From Felis catus (lineage: Eukaryota), in the NCBI RefSeq assembly GCF_018350175.1, contig NC_058369.1, positions 1,614,001-1,678,000 of the forward strand: a DNA stretch of 64,000 nucleotides, given 5' to 3'. Positions 1 through 11,329 of this stretch are shown here, in pieces; within the stretch, counting starts at the first letter, position 1; every line of letters begins with the position of its first letter. Both the position numbers and the translations under genes were made by a program. The notes below the pieces were generated by a model. That model saw nothing but the letters and a program-made list of their open reading frames with translations. It was not told the DNA's origin and searched no databases.

Positions 1-79
1 TCTCGGGGTCGTGAGTTCGAGTTCCACTTTGGGTGTGGAGATTACTTAAAAAAAATAGTACATTAACTTAAAAAAAGTA

Positions 80-420
80 ACTGAGCTCATAGATACAGAG
101 AACAAGTTGGGGGTGGTTGCAGTGGAGAGGTGGGAGGTGAGCAAAGTAGGTGAACGTGGTCAAAAGGCACAAATTTCACGTTATAAGATGAATAAGTTCT
201 GGGGATGTAATGTGCAGCATGGTGACTGTAGTTAATAACACTCTATTGCATATTTGAAGTTGCTAAGTGTTCACCACAAGAAAAAAAAATTGTAACTATG
301 TACGGTGATGGTTGCTAACTAGACCCACTGAGGTCATTTCAACAATGCACACAAAGATCAAATCATTAGGTTGTACACCTGAAACTAATACAATGTAATA
401 TGTCAATTACATCTCAATAT
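80..420 (+). mobile_element. L1MA-type LINE 3' end fragment
   Basis: Typical L1 3'UTR text (atagatacagagaac...gtaatgtgcagcatggtgact...ttgtacacctgaaactaatacaatgt). Confidence 0.75.
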
Positions 421-523
421 TACACACAGGCACACACACCCCTCCGGGAAAGCCAGGCACAAAAGGCCACATAGTCTATGATTCCACTTGTATAAAATGT
501 CCACAAGAGGGGCCTCTATAGAG

Positions 524-724
524 CAGGGTCTTGGAGAGCCTGGACATTTGGCCGCATCCTGCTCTGGGGGGGGGGGGGGGGGACGTGGAGGAACATCTCC
601 GGGCTCCCCACCGCTCCCCTTGAAGCCAGGAGCACCACTCCCTCACTCCAGTCCCTAAGACCAAAATGTCTACACATTTCCACGTGTCACCTCCGAGGCA
701 AAATCACCCCCAGTTAGGATCACT
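524..724 (-). mobile_element. MER20 (hAT-Charlie) DNA transposon
   Basis: Resembles the MER20 reverse complement (ccaaaatgtc...ggcaaaatcaccccc agtt). Confidence 0.65.
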
Positions 725-1239
725 TCCTTCCCCGTACCCTGGACCTTGCCAGGTGCTCTTTCTGCCTGGAGAACCCCTCCTTCCCATTTGTCCCACCTTG
801 GGGACTGTGGCTTAAACAGCTTCCCTCAGGGAGTCTGGCCAGTGGCACGTTGAGAATGTGATTCCCCTTCCAGCCTTCTGAGGAGGCCAGGAGGTCTCCC
901 CTGCGTGCTCACCTGTCTTGAACACCCAGGCAGGAGCAGGTCCCCAGCTACACTGTCACTCTGCTGTCTTCTCAAACGTTACCTCGTGCTTTAAACCTGA
1001 TATTGTCGTCTGCACCTGCTAACCGTGGGCCATCAAATACAAAAGACAGTTGGTAGAATGTGAGGGCATTTAAAGCAGAGGGAAGGTAGGTGATACTCCA
1101 GGCGGCAGGGCCAGAGGGGAAGGAGAGGACTGAGGTTTGAGGGTGGCATGGGGTCACCTTTCCAGCGCTCCACCCCCAGACTGAGCTGCCACCCCCTCCT
1201 CATCAAAGCAACTGGACCAGCGCCCAGAGCCACAGGTCA

Positions 1240-2000
1240 GCGACCTGACCCCCAGCGCCTGCAACTCAGGGCCCCGCAGGGTCCGGCGCACCGTGAACCG
1301 CTGTCACCCCTCCCGACGCGGGGATGTCCCATCCGCCTCCTGGTCTCTCCCAGGCCAGGGTGCCACTGCCCTGCTGGCTGTCGGGCTGGCCTGGCCTCAG
1401 CCTTCCCGTCTGTGAAACGGGGTCGGGTCCCTGCTACACGCCCTGACCTCTCAGCGCTGGGCGGGGCTCGGGGTCCGGAGCACCGCCCCCCGACGCGGGA
1501 CCCCCGGGGGCTGGACTCCAAGTCCCAGAAAGCCCTGCGCGCCCCGTGGGTGGGGCCCGGGACGTCCTCCCTCCCCGCGCGGTTGGAAAGGCTTCGGCAG
1601 TTTTCAAATTTTGGCGCTGGGCGGGCGGGGCGGCGACAGCTGCGGCCGCCCCCCGCCCCCTCCGCAGGCTGCGCTCCGGACCCCTGGCCCGCACGGGACA
1701 CTAAGGCACGGGACCCCCTAGCAGGGGCGACGCGGAGGCGGGACTCGAACCCAGGAGCGCACGCAGAGAGTGCTCGGCTGTCTGCCTTGGAGGCAGGGGG
1801 TCCGGGTAGGGGTGGGAGGGGCCGAGCCCGGGACCGCCCAGCGCGCCCACCCCTCCCCCAGTCGTCCCCTCCGCGCCCCGGGCTTAGCGCTCCGTTTGGC
1901 GCCTGATTTTTCAAAACCTCGGTCCAACGGACGCCGCTGGCTGCGGGCCCGGCTCGCGAGCCTGGATCCTGGGTTCCGGGGCCTGGCGGGGAGTGCACAT
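1240..2000. promoter_or_regulatory. Orphan CpG island with two E2F + CHR modules
   Basis: CpG-dense. TTCAAA 1603-1608 with TTTGGCGC 1610-1617, and TTTGGCGC 1895-1902 with TTCAAA 1910-1915. GC boxes are present; no recognisable coding exon. Confidence 0.55.
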
Positions 2001-2326
2001 TCTGGAGCCCAGACCCCAGAGCCTGCAGGCTGACCCTGGAATACAGAGGCAGAATTCGGGAGGCTGGAGGGCTGCAGACGGGTGACCCCAGGTGGAATCT
2101 GGGTGTAGGCTGCCGTTCCTCACAGGCGCGGAATGCGCTGGAGAAACCACCAAAGACTCACTGAACTTCTCCCCTGTGCCGGGCACGGGGGCTGCATCGG
2201 GGACCCAGACAAGGATCCCGGCTCTGGGGCAGCTGACCTGGGCGGAGCTGGAAGACAGGGCCTGCGGGGGGGGGGAACACAGCAGGGTGAAGGGGCTTGG
2301 GAGCATGTGGATAGGGGGTTGCATTT

Positions 2327-2516
2327 ATTTTTAAGTTTATTTATTTTAAGAGAGCGGGGGAGGGTCAGAGAGACCCCCAAGCAGGCCCCTCCACGTCATG
2401 CGGAGCCTGATGTGGGGCTCGATCCCACGTGGGGCTCGATCCCAGGAACCTCAGATCATGACCTGAGCCGAAATCCAGAGCTGGAGGCTTAACCCACTGT
2501 GCCCCCCAGGCGCCCC
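2327..2516 (-). mobile_element. Can-SINE (SINEC_Fc-like) with 14-bp target site duplication
   Basis: tRNA-derived head (ggggcgcctgggg on the - strand). TSD agggggttgcattt at 2313-2326 and 2517-2530. Confidence 0.9.
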
Positions 2517-2790
2517 AGGGGGTTGCATTTTTAAGTAGGGGGGGGAGCTCTCCTTAAAGGCTGGGCCTCGTGCTAGCAAAGCAGACGTTTGACCACGGAC
2601 TCCGAGAGAAGGAGGGGATCCACCCTGTCGACTGTGGGGAGAAAGCCTTCCACGGACAGGGACCCCCCAGCGCTGCCTCTGGGCGTGGAGGGGTGTTCTC
2701 ACCCAAACTAGTAGCCCGAGGACAGATTTGGGGATAAAGAGCCCCCCAGGTGCCCTGGGAAAAAGAGTACTTTAAAATCCAACTTCTTCA

Positions 2791-3002
2791 GGGCGCCTGG
2801 GGGGGCTCAGTCAGTTAAGCATCCAACTTCAGCTCAGGGCAGGGTCTCGCGGCTTGTGGGTTTGAGCCCCGCGTCAGGCTCCGCGCTGACAGCACGGAGC
2901 CTGCTTGGGACTCTCTCTCTCTGCCCCTCCCCTGCTGCATTCTCGTGCTCTCCCTCTCTCTCAAAATACATTAGGAAAATAAAACTTACGAATAAAATAA
3001 AA
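2791..3002 (+). mobile_element. Can-SINE (SINEC_Fc-like)
   Basis: gggcgcctgg...gctcagtcagttaag head, (CT)n tract and A-rich tail. Confidence 0.9.
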
Positions 3003-3244
3003 TCAAGCTTTGTGGAAGCGTTAGCGCAGCCAACTTTATGTTTGTTTGACTTTCCGCTTTTAAGCAAATACAGGATATGATGTTAGTGTATTAGTTATCT
3101 ATCACCGTGTAACAAATAGCCCTAAATGTAGTGGCTTAAAGCAACTCCCATTTTTCTCTCAGTTTCCGTGGCTCAAAAATCTGGGTGGGGCTTAGCTGCA
3201 CATCTGGCCAAGGCTTCACAAAAGCTCACATCAAGTTCACTCAC

Positions 3245-3672
3245 TTTTTTTTTTTTTTAATGTTTATTTTTGAGATAGAGACAGAGCATGAGCTGGGGAG
3301 GGGCAGAGAGGGAGGAAGACACAGAATCCGAAGCAGGCTCCAGGCTCTGAGCCATCAGCCCAGAGCCCGACGCGGGGCTCGAACTCACGGACCGCGAGAT
3401 CGTGACCTGAGCTGAAGTCGACCGCTTAACCAACTGCGCCACCCAGGCGCCCCGAGTTAAATATTTTTTTAACGTTTATTTATTTTTGAGACAGAGAGAG
3501 ACAGAGCATGAACGGGGGAGGGGCAGAGAGAGAGGGAGACACGGAATCCGAAGCAGGCTCCAGGCTCTGAGCTGTCAACACAGAGCCCGACGCGGGGCTC
3601 CAACCCACGAGCCGTGAGATCACGACCTGAGCCGAAGTCGGATGCTCAGCCGACTGAACCACCCAGGTGCCG
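3245..3672 (-). mobile_element. Two tandem SINEC_Fc copies
   Basis: Two successive - strand copies at about 3245-3452 and 3463-3672. Confidence 0.9.
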
Positions 3673-4487
3673 CCTTCACACTGTTGATGGAAGGGTTCAC
3701 GTCCTTGCAGGCAGTTGGGCTGAGGGTCTCAGGTTCTGGCCAGCTGTGGTCCAAGGGCTGTCTCAGTTCCTCATCACATAACAGAGGATCTCATTTGGGT
3801 TTTGAAACCCTCGCCATTTGTTGTAACAGGGAATCAAAAACCAAAACAGCCCAAATATCCCTCAGGCAACGGACCCACACCTTCATGTAAATACACACCA
3901 TGAAATTTTATACAGCAGTAAATTTGAATGTGCCCCGGGGACACCCATCCACAGAAAGCTCTCCCCAACAGAAGATCGTGCAAAGAAAGCCAAATGCAGA
4001 AAAGTTCCAACAACATCCTGCCATTTTTATAAAATTCAAAACGTGGCCGCCCTAGCTTATATTTTGGAGGGCTGCTGCAAAGGTGATACATTGAAAGGAA
4101 CAGTGGAAACTTGTTTACTCAGAAGTCAGCTCATGGTTTTGTCTGGTGAGGAAGGGGGGTGATACCTGAGGTGGGTACACACGGTGGGGGTTTCAACATG
4201 GTGGTCCCCTTGTATTCTGTACGCCTGGTGGTCGTGAAGTCTCTATTCCATAAGCTGGACACATGAGTTATAGATGCTTTTCGTGTGTTTGATATATTTC
4301 ACGTTTCAAAAGTGGGGGAAAAAATGGAAATAGAGCATCCTACCACAAAAGAGAGATGGTAACCGCTCAACCTCATGGAGATGTTACCTAAGCTATGGTG
4401 GTAATCGTGTTGCAATCTAGGAATGTATCAACTCTACACGTTGTGCATCTTACATTACACAATGTTATACTCAATTATATCTCTGAG

Positions 4488-5195
4488 TTTTTTTAATTTT
4501 TTTAATGTTTATTTATTTTTGAGACAGAGAGAGACAGAGCGCGAGTGGGGGGAGGGGCAGACAGAGAGGGAGACACAGAATCCGAAGCAGGCTCCAGGCT
4601 CCAAGCTGTCCGCACAGAGCCCGACGCCGGGCTCGAACTCACCAGCCATGAGATCACGACCTGAGCCGAAGTCGGACGCTCAGCCGACTGAGCCACCCAG
4701 GTGCACCAATCTCAAGTTTTTTCTTTTAAAAAGAATATCCAAAAAAAGAAAAGATATAGAATGTGAGCCACATTGTTACTTTATTTTTTTTAAGATTTTT
4801 TCAAGTTTATTTATTTATTTTGAGAGAGACAGAGAGCAAACCGACCAGAGGCAGAGAGAGGGAGAGACAGAATCCCGAGCAGGCTCTGCACCGTCAGTGA
4901 GGAGCCTGACACGGGGCTTGAACTCACAAACCGTGAGATAGAGGCTGCATCGGGCTCCGAGATTTCAGTGTGGAACCTGCTTGGAATTCTCTCTCTCCCT
5001 CTCTCTCTCTGCCCCTCCTGCGAGCGTGCTCTCTCTCAAAATAAATAAACTTTACCCCAAAAAAATTTTTTAATGAGACTTTAGGGACACCTGAGTGGCT
5101 CAGTCAGTTGAGCATCTGACTCTTGATTTAGGCTCAGGTCATGATCTCCCAGTTCATGGGTTCAAGCCCCCCAGACTGAGCCACCCCGGCGCCCC
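4488..5195. mobile_element. Can-SINE cluster (one full - copy plus fused partial -/+ copies)
   Basis: Approximate parts: 4488-4703 (-), 4795-4940 (-, partial), 4945-5050 (+, partial), 5085-5170 (+, partial), 5175-5195 (- head). Confidence 0.8.
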
Positions 5196-5374
5196 AACGC
5201 TAACCCTGTTTTAAGGGCACAGTGGAACTTCTTACGTGGTGTCTCGGGGCTCCCTGGGAGCCAGACGGAAGCTCCAGGCCTCTTGAATTTTAGGACCAGG
5301 TGCAACCCAGATGTGAGGGAGGAGAGGGGAGCCGGGATGCGCCAATGGGAGGGATGTCCAAGAATTGCAACCTT

Positions 5375-6050
5375 CTTTTTTTTCCTAACAACTTTATTGA
5401 CATGTAATTCACATACCAAACAGTTCACCCCCTAAAGTGTGCATTTCAGTGGGTTTTACTATGTCCACAGCATGGTGCGTCCCCCAACACAGTCAACTTT
5501 AGAACATTCCCTCTCTCCAAAAAGAAGCCCCGTCCCCACAGGTTGTCACTCCCCCTGCCCTCCCCCGCCCCCCACCAGAGCCCCCTTCCCGTCCGTGGAT
5601 GGGCCCGTTCTGGACGTCTCACACACGTGGACTCACACCCCGTGTGGCCTCTCGGGTCTGGTTCCCTCCCTGGGCGTCGTGTGCTCGGGGTCCATCCGCG
5701 GGGTGGCGGGGGTGGGCGCCTCGCTCTTGCTAGCAGGTGAATGAATTCCGTCGTGGGGATGAACCACATCTCTCTCACCCACCATCAGCTGATGGACATT
5801 GGGGTTGATTCCACATCTGGGAAATTATGAACATCGCTGCCATTAACATTCCCGGATCAGGGTTTGGCTGGAATTGCCAGGTCAGATGGTAACTCTGCGT
5901 TCACCCTCTGGAGGAACCACCAGACTCTTCCACAGCGGCTGCACCGTTTTACCCTCCCGCCGGCCGCGCGTGAGGGTTCCAACGTGTCCACCTCCTGCCG
6001 ACATTTGTGAGAATCTGTGTCTTTATTGTAACCGCCCTGGTGGGCGTGAG
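5375..6050 (-). mobile_element. L1MB/L1MC 3' fragment with GC-shifted core
   Basis: aactttattgacatgtaattcacatacc...tttagaacattcc...gatggacattgggg...aacatcgctgccattaacatt follows the layout of an antisense L1M 3'UTR. Confidence 0.7.
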
Positions 6051-6459
6051 GCAGGCAGCCTGCCCGCGGTCCCAGGACGAGCGTCTCTAATCCATCAGAG
6101 CATCTGTCCAGACAGGACGGACACGTTTGTGCCCCAGTTTGTCACTCAGTGTATGGACTTTGAACCCTTGGATGAGGGTTTTGTGACACCCCCCCCCTCC
6201 AGATTCTTGCTCTGGGTCCCATGGATGTTAGAGACAGGCTCGCTGGCCGTGAGCCAGACCCGAGGGAAGGCATGGACACGAGGCCTGGTTTGGAGTCAGA
6301 GCTGAGGAGTTCGATGCCACGGGGCAGGGAGGTGAGAGGGTGAGCCCCACCCGACCCCTCCTGCACCCCTGCGGCACCTCCCACCTCCCACCTGCACTCC
6401 TGCTAGCTGACCTGTCTGTACGTGTGCCCCCCTCCTGCCCGGGAGCCCTGAATCTTCAC

Positions 6460-6830
6460 TGTGTGTTGGAGCGAACGTGTCCCCCCAAAATTCACGGCCA
6501 CTTGGAACCAGCGGTGGGACCTGGTTGGGAATAGGGTTGGTTAAATAATAACATAATTATTGGTTAAATTCAGGTGAGGTCATTGGGATTAAGGTCAGCC
6601 CTAAGGTCTCTGTGAAGACAGAGGGTCCAGACCCAGGCAGAGGTGGGACCAAGGAGTCCCGGTTCTGCCGGAGGGGCCCGGAACAGACTCTCCTTCAGAA
6701 CTTCCAGAAGGAACCAGCCCAGCCTTGACCTTGGACCTCCAGAACTGGGAGAGAATAAATCCCAGCGTGTGGGGATTTGTCGTCCGGCCCCCGGAGACGG
6801 GAGACCGCTGTGCTGCCGTTGTAAATCCAA
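6460..6830 (+). mobile_element. MLT1 (MaLR) LTR
   Basis: gaacgtgtccccccaaaattca...aaggaaccagccc...ttggacctccagaactgggagagaataaat. Confidence 0.7.
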
Positions 6831-9429
6831 CCCTTTTCCGAGTCCTCGGTGGCTCTGGGCCGTCTCGGGCCCCCAAGCTCGCGGCTGGTGCCTGCAGTGT
6901 GGGCAGCCTCCGGGGAACCGTGTCCTGCAGCCAAGCGGCATGAACTCTCCGGTCAACGATGGAAAGTCGATGGTGGTCCGTATCCTTTCGTACCCGTGAA
7001 ACACATTTATTTCAGCATCCCGATTGCCTAGAAATGCGTGGTTCTGGAGTTGAGAGTGTTGTGACATCTCACCAGTCCCTTCATTAGTTAGCGGACTCAT
7101 TCAGTCGTTCAACCAACACGTCTTTTTTGAGCACCTACTGTGTGCTGGGAACTCCAGCCCTGGGGCATCCATGCTCCCATAAGGGGCACGGGGCGGGGGG
7201 TAACTAGGAGGGGGAGGTAAGACACATAGACGGTGTGAAAGGCTAAGAAGAAACAAGGGGTGAGTATGAAATGTGCGAGGTGGCGGGGCAGGGGTGTGAA
7301 ACATCTCAGGCTGCGAGGGGGGGGGCGGGGAGCCCCGCTGAGATGGAGGGTGCAGGGGGACAGTGGGGAGATGACACGGGGTAGGAGGGTGTTCCAGGGA
7401 GAGGAACCAGCAAAGGCCTGGGGGTAGGACCCTGCCGGGTGCATTCCAAGGACAGCAGCTCAGCAGCCCTGCTGAGCCTATCTCAGCCGTGATCTCAGGG
7501 TCGTGAGTTCAAGCCCCGCATTGGGGCGCTGAACGTGAAGCCTACTTAAAAAACAGAAAAGGGGAGCGGGAGGTTTTCTGGCGTGTGTGTTACTTTGGGA
7601 GGGTGAGCCGAGGGAGGGATCCTCTGAGCACTGCAGCGAGGCCAGTTGGGGGGGGGCGTGGGTGTCCAAGGAGGGAAGGGGTGGCCTTCCGTGGATTTCC
7701 AGGTAACCTCAGCAGGGGAGGCGTATGGAGACACATTTCCCATGTGCCAAGTGCGGTCTGGGCCATCCTTTCTCGCGTGTCAACAGCCTGATTTTCCCAT
7801 GAAAAGAGGGAGTTTGAGGGAGTTTAAGACCCCAACTCAAGGACACACGGTTTGTGAGGGGGGTGGAGGTGGGATCTGAACCCGGCGAGCATGACCTCAG
7901 AGCAGAACCCCCCTCAGCCACCCCCCTGTAGGATGTGCCAGCCAGCTGCCCGCTCACCACCCCCCATCTCTTTCCCAAGTGTGCCTGGGCTCCTGGCCCC
8001 ATGACCTTTGCTCCTGTCACCTCCCCCACCTGCCGGGTCACCCTTACCTCCTCCTGACCCATCCTGTCTTACCAACATCTCAAACTGGAGATGATGACTC
8101 ACATCTACCCGGAAGCTTCTCCTTAGGGACAGGAATCCCCGCCCCCTGCCATCTACTCTGTCTTCGCGGATGGGACTCCTCTAGGGGGTCACGCGGGACG
8201 CGTCCTTCTGTGCCCGGCTCCTGTCACTGCGCAGTGTCCTCCGGTCTGTCCACACGGTGGCAGGCGGCAGGACGCCCTGACTTTCCGAGTCTGGACGAGA
8301 CTCCAGCGTGTGGACGGACGTGCTGTGTTTACGCTTCACATCCAGACGCCCCAACCCGCAGCCCCCAGGACCCACCTTTCTAACCTCAACCCCCCACCCC
8401 CCCTCACTATCTCTGCTCACCATCCTGCCACCTGGGCCTCCTCGGGGCTCCGTGGACATGCCAGCTGTGGCCCCCACCTCAGGACCTTTGCACGAGCTGT
8501 GTCGGAGGCCCTCTCCCTTCATGCCTCCGAGCCTGGCTTCTTCACGTGACTCGGGTCTCCAATCAATGCCCGCAAGTCAGGAAGCAGCCCTATTCAGATG
8601 CACTTGCTACCCACAGAGCCCTCCTCTGAGTGTGGACCAGAATGGACTCGTTCGGTGCACAGAACGATCCTAGACAAGGCTATTATTTCCATTTGCAGAG
8701 GGGGGAAACTGACGCACGGGAGTGGAACAAGGGAATGATGTGCCCACGTTCACACGGCTGGTTGGGAAGGAAGCTGGGATTCAAACCCAGTCAAACACCC
8801 CCCCCCTCCCCCCCCACGTGCTGGGCGGGGACTCTGTCCCCATTCTCCTCATCCCCACCCCTCACACCCCCCCCTGCTCAGCTGGGGCTGCCATAACCAA
8901 ACACCACGGACTGGGGGACTTATGCCACAGTCACTGATTCCTCACAGTCCTGGAGGCTGGACGTCTGAGATCAAGGTGCCAGCAGGGGTGAGTCCGGGGG
9001 AGGCCTCCCCAGCCCGCAGCCTCCACCTTTCCACTGTGTCCTCATCTGTGTTGAAAGTGCTCATCTCTCTTCCTCTCCTTATAAGGGCGCTAATCCACCC
9101 CAGGGGGGGCCCCACCCCATGAGCTCACCTGACCTTAGTCACCTCCCAGGGGCCCCACCTCCAAGTACGCCCCACTGGAGGTCAGGGCTTCTGCAGAAGA
9201 ACACAAACATTTGGTCCCTAACCCTCCTGTAGTGACGTGGGGGGGTGGGCAGGCTGTCCTCCCCGGTCCTGCTTCTCCGCCTGGGGCATTCTCTGTGCTG
9301 GCAGGGAGCCCCATCCACCCACCCTGGGCAGGCCAACCCCCATCCCACCTCCTTGGGCTCGTCCTTCATCCATTGGGAACAACCCCTGTCTCCCAGGTTT
9401 GTGTGTGTGTGTGTGTTGGGGGGGGGGTA

Positions 9430-9632
9430 AGTTTATTTATTTATTTTTTGAGAGAGAGAGAGAGAGAACAAGCAGGGGAGGAGAAGAGAAAGAGGGAGAG
9501 AGAGAATCCCAAACAGGCTCCACACTGTCAGCACAGAACCCAACACAGGGCTCGAACTCACGAACCGCGAGATCGTGACCTGAGCTGAAATTGAGAGTCA
9601 GAGGCCTAACCGACTGAGCCACTCAGCACCCC
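9430..9632 (-). mobile_element. Can-SINE
   Basis: (AG)n tract and ctcgaactcacgaaccgcgagatcgtgacctgagc body. Confidence 0.9.
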
Positions 9633-10539
9633 TGGGGTGTGTGTGGGGGGGGTTTAAAGTCAGGGTCCCAAGAAGCAGGGCCCGGACTTGGGTGAGGCAG
9701 AAACCCGGTCCTGATGAAAAATCCAAAATGAAGCAATGTTTTTCAACAAAGTAAAACAAATGAAAAAAAAAACCAAAAACCTCAATGGGTGAGTCTTCAA
9801 AATTTTAAATCAAGGCAGGATCAGTCATATTGATTTTCCTTGGGGCTGGGGCTCCAGTCGCCTTGGTGTGGCGCTGTTATCTATCCTGTCCCGATGGGAG
9901 GCTTTTCTACTCTGTTCGTCATGAATTTGGGGGGCGTTCGCTTGAGTGTTAAAATATTTATCTCATCCTGGACCAGTGGTGATGGGTGCCCAAGCGTGTC
10001 ACTATGCAAAAACCCCACTAAACTGGACACTAAAAGGGTCCCCCCACCCCCCGTCTTCCCCAGGAGAACAGCCACTCACCCTTTGTCACTCATGGGGCTT
10101 GTCTCCTAGCAATGTGTCTGGCTTCCTGACCCCCGGCCCCCCAGTCCTGACCCCGGGGGTTGTGGAATATTTGGAGTCTCCTGGAATATCCTCAGGGAAC
10201 TCTGAGCTCTGTGCCCTTGAACTAATAACACTGTCTTCCCGTCTTCCCGAGTCTCTATTCCTTCCTCTGTAAACCCAGCACAACCACAAAGTGCCACTTT
10301 GTGGGCAGTGAAGGTGGCGTGACCCCTCAAAGAGACGGCTTACAAAATGCTCCGGCACATAGTAAGCAGCCAGTAAGGATGTATCGAAGGTAACTTCAAT
10401 ACGATGCAACGTTACTGAAAAGAAGCGGTTACGTTTCTCAAGTCTAGAGACAAAGGATCTCATTAAAAACAACTTTTTTCTTTCCAAACTTTTAAATTCA
10501 GTTAGTTCAAAAAGATTTAAAAAAATAAAAAAAAAAATT

Positions 10540-10878
10540 CTTGCGTGTTTATTTATTTATGAGAGGCAGAGCATGAACGGGGGAAGGGCAGAGAGGGAGG
10601 GAGACACAGCATCCGAAGCAGGCTCCAGGCTCCGAGATGTCAGCACAGAGACCAACGCGGGGCTCGAACCCACGGACTGTGAGATCATGACCTGAGCCTG
10701 GGTGGCTGGTCGGTTAAGTGTCCTACTCTTCGTTTCTGCTCAGGTCATGATCTCTCGGTTCGTGAGTTCCAGCCCCACATCAGGCTCTACACTGACAGTG
10801 TGGATCCTGCTTAGGATTCTCTTTCTCTCTCCCTTTCTCTCTGCCCCTACCTCTCTCTCTCTCTCAAAATAAATAAAT
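10540..10878. mobile_element. Head-to-head fused Can-SINE pair (- then +)
   Basis: The - copy ends at gatcatgacctgagc and runs directly into gcctgggtggct of the + copy at about 10697. Confidence 0.8.
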
Positions 10879-10894
10879 GGGGGGGGGGGAAGGA

Positions 10895-11225
10895 AAGGCA
10901 CTTAAAAGGAAGGACATCCTGACAGCTGCTGCAACGTGGATGAGCCTTGAGGACATTGTGCTCAGTGAGAGACGCCAGACACGGAAGGACACATACTGTC
11001 TGATTCCATTTGTATCAGGTGTCTAGAATATGCAAATCCACAGACACACAAAGAATGGTGGGTGCCAGGGGCTGGGTTCATGTTCATGTTGGAGGCGATG
11101 CAAGAGTCTTGGATTCCAGATAGTGGTGGTGCCGGTTACACAGCGCGGTGGATGTATTTAATGCCACTGAATGGTACCTTTACAAATGGTCAAAATGTAT
11201 TTCACCATAATTAAAAAAAAAATTA
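10895..11225 (+). mobile_element. L1MB 3' end fragment
   Basis: caacgtggatgagccttgaggacatt...attccatttgtat...gatagtggtgg...atgccactgaatggtac plus an A-rich tail. Confidence 0.75.
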
Positions 11226-11329
11226 AAAACAGGCACACCCGGGCAGTAGTTTGTCTATTTGGTTGTTTTGAGCCATCGCATCTCTGAAGTTATACGCTGC
11301 ACGCGTAAAACATTGTGTATAGAAAACGC

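Noticed and set aside
1240..2000. CpG island as LMNB2 exon 1
   Set aside because: No lamin head/coil sequence (e.g. SPTRLSRLQEKEEL) appears in the translated frames.
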